Part shown: positions 11,792 through 24,833 of the stretch, one piece after another
Layout: each line of letters opens with the position of its first letter
Numbering within the stretch: position 1 is the stretch's first letter
Assembly: GCA_905331295.1 (NCBI GenBank)
Contig: CAJNYD010000548.1
Coordinates: 62,001 to 126,000 of the forward strand
Length of the DNA stretch: 64,000 nt
Origin: Rotaria socialis
Taxonomy: Eukaryota
Direction of reading: 5' to 3'
The notes under the pieces: model-generated
Told to the model about the DNA's origin: nothing
The model's input: the letters and a program-made list of their open reading frames with translations, nothing else
The model's database searches: none
Translations under genes and position numbers: made by a program

Positions 11792-13029
11792 ATGACTCTT
11801 AAGTCGTATTTGGCAAATAAACTATCTGGTAAAAAATATCGCATCAACAGTCTTCGTCGATCAGATCGTTTACCGAGCAAAGATAATTTACGTCAGCTAT
11901 TTCATGATCATATGATTTACAGTGCTGATCAACTTCCATCTAGCGTTGATCTTCGATCCGATATGACACCTGTCGAAGATCAATCACAAATCGGCAGCTG
12001 GTAAGTGAATACCAATAGCTCTCTCCTATCTCATTATTTTTCAATTTGGTTCAGCGAACGCTCTTGCTGGTAAGATTTAGTGATCATAAATCATTTATAT
12101 GGCCTAATCTCTTTTTTACAGGTGCTTATGAATATATTACCAAGAAGTGGGACGGTAATGATATTGCTGTTAGTCGTCTATTTATTTATTATAACGGTCA
12201 TGCTAAAGCAAATCCAGCTACTATAACTGACTCTGGTTGTACAATGACAGATGGTATTGAAGGATTGGAAGAATTCGGAGTTCGTCTTGAATCGGTTTGG
12301 CCATATGATATTTCACAAGTAAATACGAAACCAAGTGAAGAAGCCTATCAAGATGCAGCAGGTCATACAATCACCGATGCACTGCAAGTGGGTATTAACT
12401 TGAATGAAATGAAATCATGTTTGGCACAAGGCTTGCCATTTGCATTCGGTTTAGTACTATTTAAATTGTTTGCTAAAGCATCAGCAAATGGTATTGTTCC
12501 ATATCCTGGTTTAACGGATATTATCCAAAGATCAATCGGAGGGTTAAGCATTATGTTTTAGTTAAAAAAATTATTCGTAAAAATATCTTTGTTTATTTCA
12601 GTCATGCACTTCTAGCTGTCGGATACAGTGATACATCAAACTCATTTATTGTCCGAAATTCATGGGGAGAAGATTGGGTAAAAACAATATTTTATTTTGC
12701 ATTCTGACAGATTTTATTGAAAATTTCTACAGCATTCGAAAAATTTCGAATCTATCTTTTTTTATGAAGAAAAGCAAAAACAACTGATGTCCTTCGCAAT
12801 ACATTATTTTATACTTTATGTCATGTTTTAGGGAGACAAAGGATATTGTTATATTCCATATAAATATATGACCCACGCTGAATATTGCTTTGACGCCTGG
12901 ACTATTCGTAAATTGGCTACGGATGATCTCAGTCAAGGCAATGGAAATAATGACGATTCAATGAATTATCATCCGGCCAATAGCAGTGAGGAAAACAATG
13001 ATGAAGATGATGACACCCACACACCCTGA
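11792..13029 (+). CDS. Papain-family (C1A) cysteine peptidase of bacterial/xylellain-like type; possibly splice-defective. Exons 11792-12000, 12050-12069, 12122-12542, 12602-12677, 12832-13029
   Basis: LPSSVDLRSDMTPVEDQSQIGSC-SANALAG, SRLFIYYN, GGHALLAVGY, FIVRNSWGEDWGDKGYCYIPY: Gln, Cys, His and Asn catalytic residues all present. The acceptor before the Cys microexon reads GG (12048-12049), not AG. Confidence 0.85.
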
Positions 13030-13035
13030 GCACCA

Positions 13036-13137
13036 CACTGTAAAAAAAAAGAGTAGAATAATAAACCCTTGTCCTTTCTACAAATCATGCTAAACCCTTG
13101 AAGGGTTTATGACAACGCCATAAACCCTTAAAGGGTT
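13036..13137. mobile_element. Terminus of a CACTA/CMC-like element running into the gap
   Basis: cactgtaaaaaaaaaa followed by repeated taaaccctt / aagggtt motifs; the other end is not visible. Confidence 0.4.
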
Positions 13138-13237
13138 NNNNNNNNNNNNNNNNNNNNNNNNNNNNNNNNNNNNNNNNNNNNNNNNNNNNNNNNNNNNNNN
13201 NNNNNNNNNNNNNNNNNNNNNNNNNNNNNNNNNNNNN
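13138..13237. other. Assembly gap (100 N)
   Basis: Run of N. Confidence 1.
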
Positions 13238-13379
13238 GGTCACATAATGTAGGTACATCAATATCCTTCAATCGGTGATCATCTTGTGGATTATCTTGTA
13301 CATCGTCCATATACCAACATCGTACCTATGTATATCATTAATCATTTACAAAATTCAAACATAAAATTGATTATACCAT
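13238..13379 (-). CDS. ADI1: Acireductone dioxygenase (ARD/ADI1), 5' part only, truncated by the gap
   Basis: ATG (13379-13377), 51-nt GT-AG intron 13326-13376, then VRCWYMDDVQDNPQDDHRL, matching the ADI1 N-terminal MVxAWYMDD...D...H pattern. Confidence 0.7.
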
Positions 13380-13516
13380 GATAGTAGTTTGTTTTATTCA
13401 AATCTAAAATTAGAAAAAAGAATGGCGAATACAACTAATTATATCACCTTTTACAATCAAGATGATTAAGGATAAGAAGAAAAAAAGAAAACGAAAGAGA
13501 GAATAAATCGTTTTAT

Positions 13517-16500
13517 TTATAATTTTGCTTTCATTGTCTTCGCCGTATTAACTTCAATTAAAGATCGTATATCTGTAAGACTGCTATTAAAATGGTTGGA
13601 AAATTCTATTGGATTTGTTCCTCCATTATTTATTTTGAAAGTTGTTACCATGTAATTTATTGAATCATTACGTGGATTATAACAACAACCATCTAAATTA
13701 TTTGAACTTAATAAAAGCAAAAATAATAAAAACAAATAACTTACAGCCATCATCAACTGCCGGCCCATAAATCATTACGCAATCATGTTTAGCTCCAACC
13801 TAAAATGTTCACAAGACCCTTCGATTTTTTTCTTCTAACGATGCTAAATTAACAAATTACTTGACTTGTTGAAAGAATGTAATGCATTGCACGTTTATAA
13901 CTTATATGATTATAAAGAGCAGGTTTTGGTAAATTATTTTCAGCTGCAATCAATCGTAACCCCAAGAGATGTCGATCAATACCTTTAGCATTTATTGCCT
14001 ACATTCAAATTGAATTATAGAAATAAGAGAGTATTTTTTAAAATATTTGATCTAATTTACATCAGTAGTATATTGTCGCTGCGCTTGCATAGCTTTAAGA
14101 AATAGCTCATATTTAGTATTCGATCCTGTTTCATTATGTTGTTCACTCATAGCACGAGCAAATTGTTGTGCTTCTAATGTACACGAACGAATAGTTTCAG
14201 TTCGACCAAGATGATAACGACGTAAAGAACCACTTTCATAAGTAGCACCACATTTACCATGCATTCTAAAAGTAATCATTGAAATTCATATATTCCAGAA
14301 AGTCAATAAGCCGAATCTGTAAATTCGAAATAAAGTTTGTTACTGATTATGACATCGAACAATAATGAAGTTTTTTTTTCATGCGAATTGGGATTCTCTG
14401 TATTGTGTGGATTCTATTGAGCGATGAAAAATTGGTGAAGATTTCAACATCTTAACTTGTGGCTATTGAAATATCAATATGTCCCAAGTATTCTTTTAAA
14501 TATCAGTACAATTTGAACAAGAAGCATCAATCAAATTTAGAATTGAAAATGTATGACAAGATAAATTGCAATACAATGAGTTTGATGAGAGAATGACAGG
14601 TCATTCAAAATTACTTCAGAGTTAGAATTACTTTTTTTTTAACTACGAAAGAGGCAGCAGATTCAATAGAAATCAACTTGTTTCTATGATGTTGTTTTTC
14701 CAGATAAAGATATGCGTACGTGAACAATTAAGTTGTTCATGTCATTCAGATCCATTAACATATGTACTTCTATTGAACTTATTACATAGTTAAAGCGAGC
14801 TTTGAAATCTATTGTAATACTGACCGAAAATAGGCAACTTGTAAAGCAACTTGAATCATTCCATCTAAAAAAAAAGAATTCCACGATTTCTATTTATTCA
14901 AATTTTATCTTCTTTTTTACCTATGCTCAATTTATTTTGTTTAGCAAATTCTTTACCAAATTCAGGATATTTATAAACTGTTAAATCACAATTTTCAATA
15001 AATCTATAAATCGTAAAAATGATATTGAAAAACGAAACGGTTTTTATTCCTACTTATTAACACGTTTTTCACTTTCGCTAATCGATTGTTCGACATCTTT
15101 CGGTATAACAACTTGACATTTGTTTAATAATGATGGTTTATTGGTAGACACAAGTGGTTGTGTTGTTTTACTAATAGAAAGAAAATTGTCATCATATGAA
15201 ATGATTTCATCAAATAATATTTTACCAGTGATCAAGAACATAATCAACAAGAGCTGTAATTATTCCACCTTCGGCTAATGAATGTTCATAATTCACACCA
15301 CTATAACCATCAGGTGCTACAATAACCTTAAAATGAAGATCAATTTTCTCTTAGATGTAAACAAAGCTAGAAAGAGATTCAGTTGTTTTTCTACTTGAAG
15401 CGTTTTATCAAACCATCGATTAGCTGTATTATATTTGGTTCCACCACCATGTAGAAAATTGAGACCGATTAATGTTTGAGTATCTTTTTTTATTGCCGTT
15501 CCACTTGATGATTGATAGTTCTCATCAAGACATAATACAAATAAACTGTCATTTATCGTGTCAAAAAAATTTTTATTTTCAGGAACTAAAAAAATAAATA
15601 GCTGAATGATTTTTTTTTTATTCTAATAAATTTGTACCCAATGATAATTGTTCATGAATAGGTGCCCAAAGTTGTCTTTCATCAGCTGTTAAATGACCAA
15701 TTAGTGTTTGTTTTTCATCGGATCCTTTTGAGTCAGCAAGTTTTTTCAACGAACTATAAATATCCGCAGCCGACAATTTATTTCCTTGATCATCATATAC
15801 TGGCAGTCGATATATCTTGAAGAAAAAATTATTTATGCAACTATTCGAAAAGAAAATTTAAATTATATTTACATTATTTCGATGAAATACTGCAACATGA
15901 CGATGACCTGTTTTATTATATAGATGAAGTCGATCAATGGATTTGGCCGGAATACGACATATACCGAGAACTTTTCTATATTGATCCATACAGAGTGGAT
16001 CTGAACCAAAACGATCAACTGGTATCTGATTGCTAAAAAGAATTGAGTTCATTTCAGTTATCAAATAATTTTAAAAAAATAAGGGCTTCTATAATGTTTT
16101 TGTTTTGTACCAGTAGATTCTGATATGAGCACTCTTGTCTAGTAGAGAAAGTTTTCCTTTACACATTTGAAAAGACTGGTCGCTATTCGGTTACAATCAT
16201 CTGTTATATTCTACAAAAGTCTAACTATCGCTTAACATTGAGAGAGTTGATTTTCAAAAGCGCTTCAACAGTTTTCTAGAACGGAAAAAGTTCGATCCAA
16301 TAACACTTACACCTGCTCTTTGAATTTGAACTATTTTTTGAGTCTTAATAAAATATTTCAAATTGTTATTTGATTTTATGGAAAAATCAAAAAAAAACTT
16401 CTATATTACCTATCAATTAATGATCGATACTGTAGAATGCCTTGGATAACATGAGCTGCAAATTGAATTTGTCCATCAAAATCTCGATATGATTGTCGGG

Positions 16501-16983
16501 GTAATAATAAAGCTGGATTATAAAATATAGGTAAATTTGAACGCCATTCAAGATATACTTTGTCAAGCCACCATTGTGATAACTAGTTGATATAGGAAAG
16601 CAAAAGTATAAGTTTAAGTTTCGTAGTTTTTTCTTCTTACCCAATTTTCTTCTGTGTCAGCTCGTTTTAATAACAGCTCTTGTAATGGTTTGCTCTCATG
16701 TTGAAATTCTTCAACAATCTTAATAGACAATCAATTGTTTGATGAATATGCACTTTTATATCGACAAACTTTTTTCGTCTCATTAAATTCATCGTTATTA
16801 AGTAATGGTGCAACTGTTTTTAAATATTTCCGTGCTGTATCAGCTAACGTTGGTACTGGCAATCTAATAAGTAATAACCATTTTGTTCAACAACAAAAAA
16901 AACTTAGCAATACTACAATGTTTCGTATTTCACCTAGGTAAATTAGATTGCTGTGCAGAGCAAGTTGACGTCGTGCGCACCAT
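13517..16983 (-). CDS. CRAT: Carnitine O-acetyltransferase (choline/carnitine acyltransferase family), multi-exon, with PTS1
   Basis: LPRLPVPTL, ENWLSQWWLDKVYLEWR, PLCMDQY, NRWFDKTLQ, catalytic EHSLAEG, ATYESGSLRRYHLGRTETIRS, GIDRHLLGL, LSTSQV, DGYGCCYN; ends MKAKL*. Confidence 0.9.
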
Positions 16984-17295
16984 ACTTCGCAATGTTGTTA
17001 TCGACGGACGATGAAACGGAACAGAATGAAAAGACGCAAAATGTTGTCTTTGATAAAGATCAAATGACACCTGTGCTTTTTAAAGTTAGATTATCTTTTA
17101 AAAAAGAAACAAATGTTTTACATTTCTATTGATGAATAATGTCGCACAAGTTCGACGAACTGCTAAACTCATTTTTACAAAAATTAATTATCTAAAGAAG
17201 TATACAAACAAAACAACAACAAATTTACATTTAAGAAATTTAAATTTAAATTAGGCGATTTTACAGAAATAAAGAAAAACAGTTAAAACCAGCTA

Positions 17296-20200
17296 TTAAT
17301 CTTTTATATTTATTTGTGATATATCTTTTGTATTTTTTAATGCAAATGACAGACATAATTGTCGATCTCGAACATCCGACCATCCGCCATTGATTTGTTT
17401 AAGTGGACGTTTTGCTTCATATTTAGCATGTATGGTAAGAGGTTTTTTTGGAAATAAATACTGTTGATTAGTTTCATAAAATTTTTTAGTTTCATCCCAT
17501 CGAGCTATATCCGATTGATTTGAGCAAGTTTTTTTATGATGTATACCACTAAAAATAATTATAAATCAATATTTTTACAAACAAAAAGCGTTTTTTTGTT
17601 GTTGATTATTTTACCATGAACCAAGATGAATAACTCGAGCAGAAGTTGACCAAATAACACGAGGATAATTGAAATGTTTTTGTGCTAAATAGACAAGGGA
17701 CCAATCCCAATTGTAATCGTCGACATTACAGAACGCTTCAGCATGTTTTACTATGGAGCACCAAAACGAATAGGTAATTGTCATGCCCAAATTATATCTG
17801 GCATGCCAATATGCAATAGAAACCTACGGAAAATTGTTCAAAGTTTTTATTAGAAGCTTTTATTTGTCGTACTTTAGATCCAATATTATTGAATTGTCGA
17901 CCAGATTTTTCTAGATTGCCCAAGGTGTATATTAGACATTCAGGGCAAATTCTTTGAAAAAACAGAAATTTAAAAATTTTTAAGAAGCAAATTATTCAAT
18001 TTTTAATTTACCGTTCTTTTTCATTTTCCATTTTTTTCAGAAAAAATAGTGCATCAGGTGATAAATAAAAATCTTCTTCAAGTAAAAGTACTAGAAGATC
18101 GGAACGATTTTGTAGCACTTGGATTGAATTAAAGACATAGTTCAACTAAAAGATGAAGAATAGTATTTTTAAGAACATGACCGACAATCAAAATTGTCTT
18201 CAAAATTGTAAAGCCGTAAGAGTCGCTATGGAATTTATGATAAATATTAGCAAAAATCTTTCTATTGTCTAGAAATACACGTTAAGCACATTTCTCATAA
18301 CTATATATCGATCTGAATTGTTTTGAATCAATAATAAACAAGATTACAGCCGAATGAAATATATCTTGTTCATGCTCAAATGAATACTCAAAGTAGATGT
18401 TGGTATATAAGCAAAATATCCAGAGCATATGAATGTTGATTACCATTTTATTTGAGTTATTTTTATGCACAATTTATATTACGGTCAAAACTTATTAATT
18501 CCTTTCAGCGATTGAAAACGACAAAATATATGGGTAACTATTTTCGATAATATCAATTGAAGAGAACGAATTCTATTTGTTGACAAGGTGAAGTTTATTT
18601 TTAGTTAAGATAAATTGATTTGTTATTAATAAGCAAACCGTTTCTGTATCTTGATGATATGAATGCAAGTCTACAACACACCCAAAGTATGTCTCACATT
18701 TCCAATAACATGCCTTGTCAATGGTTGTGCCTTAATTCTTTTCTGTGATTTATCATCTCCAAGCATTTCATTCACCTATTATACTTTATCATGCATAATA
18801 GTAGTGTCACCCCTGTCATAACTAAATGTCAGTAGATGAATTCACAAGGATTTTAACGATGATCAATTTTAGAGAAAAAACCTGATTTTCTTTATCCTAA
18901 GAATTCAAATGAGCCTGTATTGTGTCCTGTGTGAAATCGGTAGATTTCACTTTTTCTAAGTCTAGAGCAGATTCTGAGCTTCATATACCGATTGATCCGA
19001 AAAATTGATTATGTTTGTCTTTCCTTTCTTAAAACATTGACGACCTCTCTCACTTTTAAGTTCGTAATAAAAATAATATAAAGAAAAGAAAACAAATATT
19101 TGTCAGCTTTCATAACTACTCAGCATACCTTCCTTATACGGTTTTTCTCTCTCTAGCAAATACTCACTCATCTATTTTTCATTTGAATTTCAGATTCTAA
19201 AAAGATCAAGAATTGAAAGACTTGATATTTACAGTATCGATTCAAAAAGCATCAGTCATTGGCATAGAAATAAAAAATAAAAACATATAACTCACTTTCC
19301 ACCACCAATGATGTTTTATTTGTACAATAGAAACTTCTCTATAATGCCCGTATTTATCTGGATATGGTGCGTTTTTACATCGACTGGACAAAGCTCTAAA
19401 AATTTGAAAACTATTTTAGAAAAAATTCCTTACAAATTAAATGTTAGTTGAAAAGTAAAAAATAAAAAACAAAATTTTCTGCTTAGTCTAAGTATTTAAA
19501 AGACGTTAGAAAAATAAATCACACAGAAAAATTTTCATACATTGTTTTCAGTTTTTACTCGATAGAACATTTTTAACCCACCTTTGGCGTTCAGCGAGTA
19601 TCTTTGAACGTCTGTAAAAGATTTTCGACGAAAAATTTAACCACAATAGTTACTTAGAGAATAGTTCCTATATTTACCTATGCTTAGCGATATCACGTGG
19701 GCAATCATTTGGATCAAGACCAGGGAATTCATCAGGATAAAGTTGTTGGGAAAATGGATAAAAAATTTGAATCACCTAAATTAATAATAATTGAAATTGA
19801 ATTTCTTTAAAATATTCGATTTTCCAGTAGTAATTAAAAAAGGATCGTCAAATAAAATCTATAAAACTTTTACTTTTCGAATGGCAATAAAAAGTACTTT
19901 TTACGCAATCAACACTGTTCTTAAACGCGATCAACGAAAGCATTGATCTGATAATGAATTATATTCACCTAAATTTATTGTGTTTCTTTTTCGATTTCAT
20001 AAAATTTATTGCTCTCAAGATTTCAACGCAAAAAAATCTACAATAAATTATATTGTCTGTCTAAGGATTTATTGGCATACATTCAATATATCTTCTAGCA
20101 AACAGTGATATGATGTGAATCGGAATATATTTGTCTTGACAATTTCTATTAACTTATAAGTGATATTTGAATGGATCAAATTTGAAAACCACTTTTGCGA

Positions 20201-20769
20201 AAAAACTATAAGAGGTTATATAACACTGTCAAATCTACTTGAAAATCTTTATAATTTCCTATTACCGGAACAAACTTAATATTTGTTACAAGCACATTTA
20301 TCTCGGCGTCAATAAAGTCATGACTAAATATAAGTAATGTTTGATTAATTGCTTGAACATCTTTTAACATTTCAATAAATTTCTTTAAATAAACAACTCG
20401 TGTATGCACTTGCACCAATAAAATATATCGTGTTGTTGTTAATGAAAATAAGTGTTTATTACGCATAAATTGTTCTTGATTTTTTCTTTGAACATATTCA
20501 CGATAATATTCTATGACTGTTCGATTAGTAGCTGTTGCATTGACATATTGACTTTCATTCATTGTTAAATTGAAGGAATCTTGTTTTTTATCTTTATTTA
20601 AGTCGTCATCATCAAATGGTAGTGCTAATGAAGTACTATCGATTGATTGTTGTTGTAAATCATCGTAAAATGTTATTGTTAATTTTATCATTGTCATTAT
20701 AAATAACCAAAGAATAATGTAACGAAGCATAATACAGCGGTATCGAAAAATATGAAGCATGACTATCAT
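17296..20769 (-). CDS. MGAT2: Alpha-1,6-mannosyl-glycoprotein 2-beta-N-acetylglucosaminyltransferase (GnT-II, GT16)
   Basis: Type II TM anchor; LLVQVHTR, LIFSHD, QIFYPFSQQLYPDEFPGLDPNDCPRD, YGHYRE...QIKHHWWWK, LLEEDFY, FCNVDDYNWDWSL, RVIHLGSCGIHH, NGGWSDVRDRQLC. Confidence 0.92.
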
Positions 20770-22751
20770 TACAAAAATGCCAGTCCATGAAATGTCAGAG
20801 TATTTTTTTCAAGGAAGCTTTTCGATACCTTATATATGTTATAAGTTAAATGAGCGTCATTTATAAATATATACCGAGGAGAGCATTCGTGATTATATTT
20901 GATTCATTCATTTTAATAGACTATGAACAATAGTATCTATATAAACGAGAAAAAGAAAAAGAAAAAGAAAAAGACAGCACATACATACATAGGCGTATAA
21001 AGTTTCGATTTAATTCACAGAACGAGATATATATTAAAAGTTCGAAAACTTTTTTGTTCTTATCCTATCACTAAGACATATTTGATGATGCCGAAAGAAG
21101 CACAACACAAGAAAGAGAATACGAAACAGATCGGCGACATGAAGTTACTTTTACAATTTACTTTGAATGATAAGAATATTTTATAATATACGCAACAGCT
21201 TTATTCAAATAATAATGCAAAAGTATTGAGAACAAAGAAAGAACAAACGAACAATTCATCATGCTGATTTCTCCAGGGTAACCTTTCAGATTAAAGCTGC
21301 TGTTCCCGCTCTCAAATGAATGTAATGTTGCACTTTTTTTGAGAAAAGAAACACAAAGGCATTTTTTATCATGTTATAATCAGATGATACGGAGAGAAAA
21401 ATGTGTGACCGTTTCTGATCACTATCGCTTCCAACTATGACGTTTAGTTTATTCTACCTATTCAATACAGATAAGAAGAAGAAGACTACCATCTATTGAC
21501 TATGAACTGAACTGTATTTGATTGCATTACGCTGGAATTTTCTTGCAACAAGAAACAGAATTATTCCACTATCTATTGGTTTCGTTTTCACATAAAATAT
21601 GCAGGGAAGGAGAGAGAGTAAATATTCTCAACTAATGAAAATCGAAAAACAGTAATACGAGATAAAAAAATAGGTTATAGATGTCGGTAGACGACGATTC
21701 AATGTGATTTTTAACTATCAACAAAAAAGTGACTGGTACCTGTCATACAAATACACTGCAAATAGTTCCAGCCGATGAGAATAATGAATCTGGATAACCA
21801 CTTTTATCTCCTTCTCGTTTTCAATTCAATATTGACTTGTATGCAACGTGTGCTCTCTGACGTCATTGACTTCAAGCTTATATTGTAATGTGATATAGTG
21901 ACTAATGCGAGATGTTCGCGTTTAGAACGAAAACAAAAGCCGTGTTTGATAAGTTTCGACGGATAATACCTAAAGCAATCATGGTCATGGTGATTGCTTC
22001 AAATGAGATTAAAGAATGCTTTGATATATTAACGTAAAGACTTGCACAACATTGCGTGTTAGGTTTCATCGCTTTTTCTGATAGTTTTACTCTGTCGTGA
22101 GACTATGAAAAATTAGCCAGCACTATCAGCGCTTTTTTTCTGTGTATTTTATGCTTTAAGAACAGCACGACATAGTCTTGGCTAATCAAGTCTCGATATA
22201 GTTTTCATATGTACACCGTGCACACAACTTTATGTTCTACTCTTGATTCGAATGAGACTCATGAACATTAGCTTCCTTGTTGCAGAAATATACATATTAG
22301 TCTTGATGTAAACAGTATGCATAATTTAGCTTTGACAGCTGCGTTACTGAAAAAATCGTTGGAGAGTCCCTGCACATGTGTCACACCAACTGTTAAGCTC
22401 TGTTCCAGTGACATTGTGCAATAGAAAGGATGTACATTCAATGCCAAAATCTAAGAAGAACGTACGTGATCATCGATAGACTCGCGTTTTCAATGAGAAA
22501 TTGTTTATTCAATTTATAATCATGCCTAACTCAAATCTTTGTAGTATCGAAATTCTGTTTCCAATAATATCGATAAAAATTTGCTAAAAAATAGGTCACA
22601 GTTGTCTGAAATGTTCATAATTACTTATCGCACTTTCTTCAACAAAAAGATTTTTTCGTATATAATTGCATGTTAGTCTCATCACTGTACTTCCTATCTG
22701 TTTGAGTTTCAGATCAAATTACCCGTCGCTGAAACTAATGTCTGATGACCA

Positions 22752-23620
22752 CCCAGTGAAAAATATTTCGAAAAAAAAACGGAATAGAATGGTTTCATGC
22801 GGATATGGAAACCTATCTCCTACGTAGAGAATGCGCTCCTTGTTTGAGCGAATGCGTTCAGAGTCAGAAAGAAATATTCTCGATCTGAAGGAACTCGTTC
22901 TTTACCGTTCCACACTAGTATGGAATACTTTCTTCTATACTGAAAAATCGTTCCCTATTTGAAGAGAAAGCATTCTGAATCATTCTTAAACCAGTAGAAT
23001 TCATTCTAGTTCATTTTCTTTCGGAACGGTTAACATAGCATTTCATCGAAATAAAATAGCTTCCTTTTACGTTCTCTCACGAGCCTTTAAGACAATGGAT
23101 TCTCTGAAGAGATGAATGCTTTCTTTTCGAAGCAAACCACATTTTCATTCTAAAATGAAAGGTCTGAAGCAAAGCAGGTTGAAATTGATGTGAGAAATGA
23201 TGGAATCTTCATTCGATTTTACTTTAGGGATATTTGGTCTGATTTAGAAAAATTATTATTTTAATAACGGTTTCAGTTACAACGAATTGGAGTACGCCAT
23301 TCGATAGAGCTCGTCAAGTTGCATCAGGAACAGTCTTTTGACTAATTGTAGATTCATCTATTAATGATCACCCAGGTGATCAGAAAGGTTAACCGTTTTA
23401 AAGAAGAGAAAGCGTTCCACAAGTGGCAGAATGCGTTCTTCACTGTTCCATTTCGAAACGACCAAGAACACCTTCTTAGAATGATAGAATGCGTTCTAGT
23501 TCGTTCCATTTGAGAACGGTTTCCATTTGTTGTGGAACGTTTTCTTTTCTTAAAAAAAGAGCTTCAGTTCTTTTGGAACGCATTCTTTACCGTTCTTTTT
23601 TAGTAATATTTTTCACTGGG
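22752..23620. mobile_element. CMC/EnSpm-like non-autonomous element (869 bp)
   Basis: Perfect 16-bp TIR cccagtgaaaaatatt, extending imperfectly to ~45 bp; 2-bp TSD ca; repeated gaatgcgttc subterminal motifs. Confidence 0.8.
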
Positions 23621-23904
23621 CAACGCTTTATTATTAGAACCATATTTGAATAGATGCGATATCTATGTCTGCAATCGTGGAATAATGTCTTCTGAGGCAT
23701 AGATGAAACATTAACAGGAACAGTATTAGTGATCTGTCAAATATGTCGATTAAATTAACTGATATATATATATATGAAAATCCGCACAGCTGTGACATAG
23801 AAAAGATGTCACTGATGAAGAAAAGGTCCAATACGATCATTGGATGAGTCACCAATGATTTCTTTTCATTTTTTATTCACTGCTCAGATAAAAACAGAAC
23901 TACG

Positions 23905-24833
23905 ATGTGTCCTGCCATTAATACTGGGTAAGAAAACGAATACTATTTAAAAATGATTTGAATTATTCATAAAATCTTTTAGTTATCAAGTTACAATAGC
24001 ACCAGGTGCATATGTTTGTGAAGAGCGTCTTCAATTAGTAGGAGAAATTTCTATCGGTATATATTTTCAAAAGAGATTTAAACAAAAAAAACATTCACTC
24101 TTGTTAATAACATCTAGGAAGTAAAACTATTATACATCCAGGTGCGAGTATAATTGCTGAGGCTGGTCCAATTTTTATCGGCGATGGAAATCTTATTGAA
24201 GAGCAATGCGTTATAGCTAATCGGTAATTGTAACCATTTGAATATCTTTTTTGTTTTAAATAAATATGTTTTCATTTACTAGATTCCCATCCGGTATTGA
24301 TAAAGATCAAATGAATCAAGTTGTTATGATAATAGGGAATAATAATGTCTTCGAAGTCGGCTCACGTAGTTTATTCTACTGTTAATTTTACTTCCATGAA
24401 GTTTATTTTTTCATCTCTTAGTGTGTGAAGCTCTCAAAGTTGGCGATAATAATATTCTCGAATGTAAAGGTAGGTTGATAGTTTATTCTTTTCTTTTTCA
24501 GTAATAAATTCAATTTAATTTGGATTAGCTCAAGTTGGTCGTAGCGTTACATTGACAAGTGGCTGTGTTATTGGTTCAATGTGTTCACTGACAACAAATG
24601 AAACTTTACCAGAAAATACTGTTATATTCGGCAGTGATCATCAACGACGTACAATGCCTGATCGACCAGCTGTACATATATCTTTTTTTCTTGTTAAACA
24701 AATAATGTCATTTAATACTTTGTTTTTCTTCCAGTTTCAAACGCATCAACTCGATTTCCTTGCGCGCATTCTGCCAACATCCCATTACGTTCTAAAACAT
24801 GGAACAAAAAGTCATACACCAGCATCTACATAG
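23905..24833 (+). CDS. DCTN6: Dynactin subunit 6 (p27), left-handed beta-helix protein, 7 exons
   Basis: [12 protein letters not shown]...[35 protein letters not shown]...[12 protein letters not shown]...[12 protein letters not shown]...GCVIG...LPENTVIFG...[10 protein letters not shown]. Confidence 0.92.

Noticed and set aside
13060..13137. taaaccct motifs resembling TTTAGGG telomere repeats
   Set aside because: Dispersed and in both orientations rather than tandem; better explained as transposon subterminal motifs.
21290..22700. Possible decayed coding or transposon sequence between MGAT2 and DCTN6
   Set aside because: The frames I read have frequent stops and no recognisable motif; no TIR/TSD pair found.
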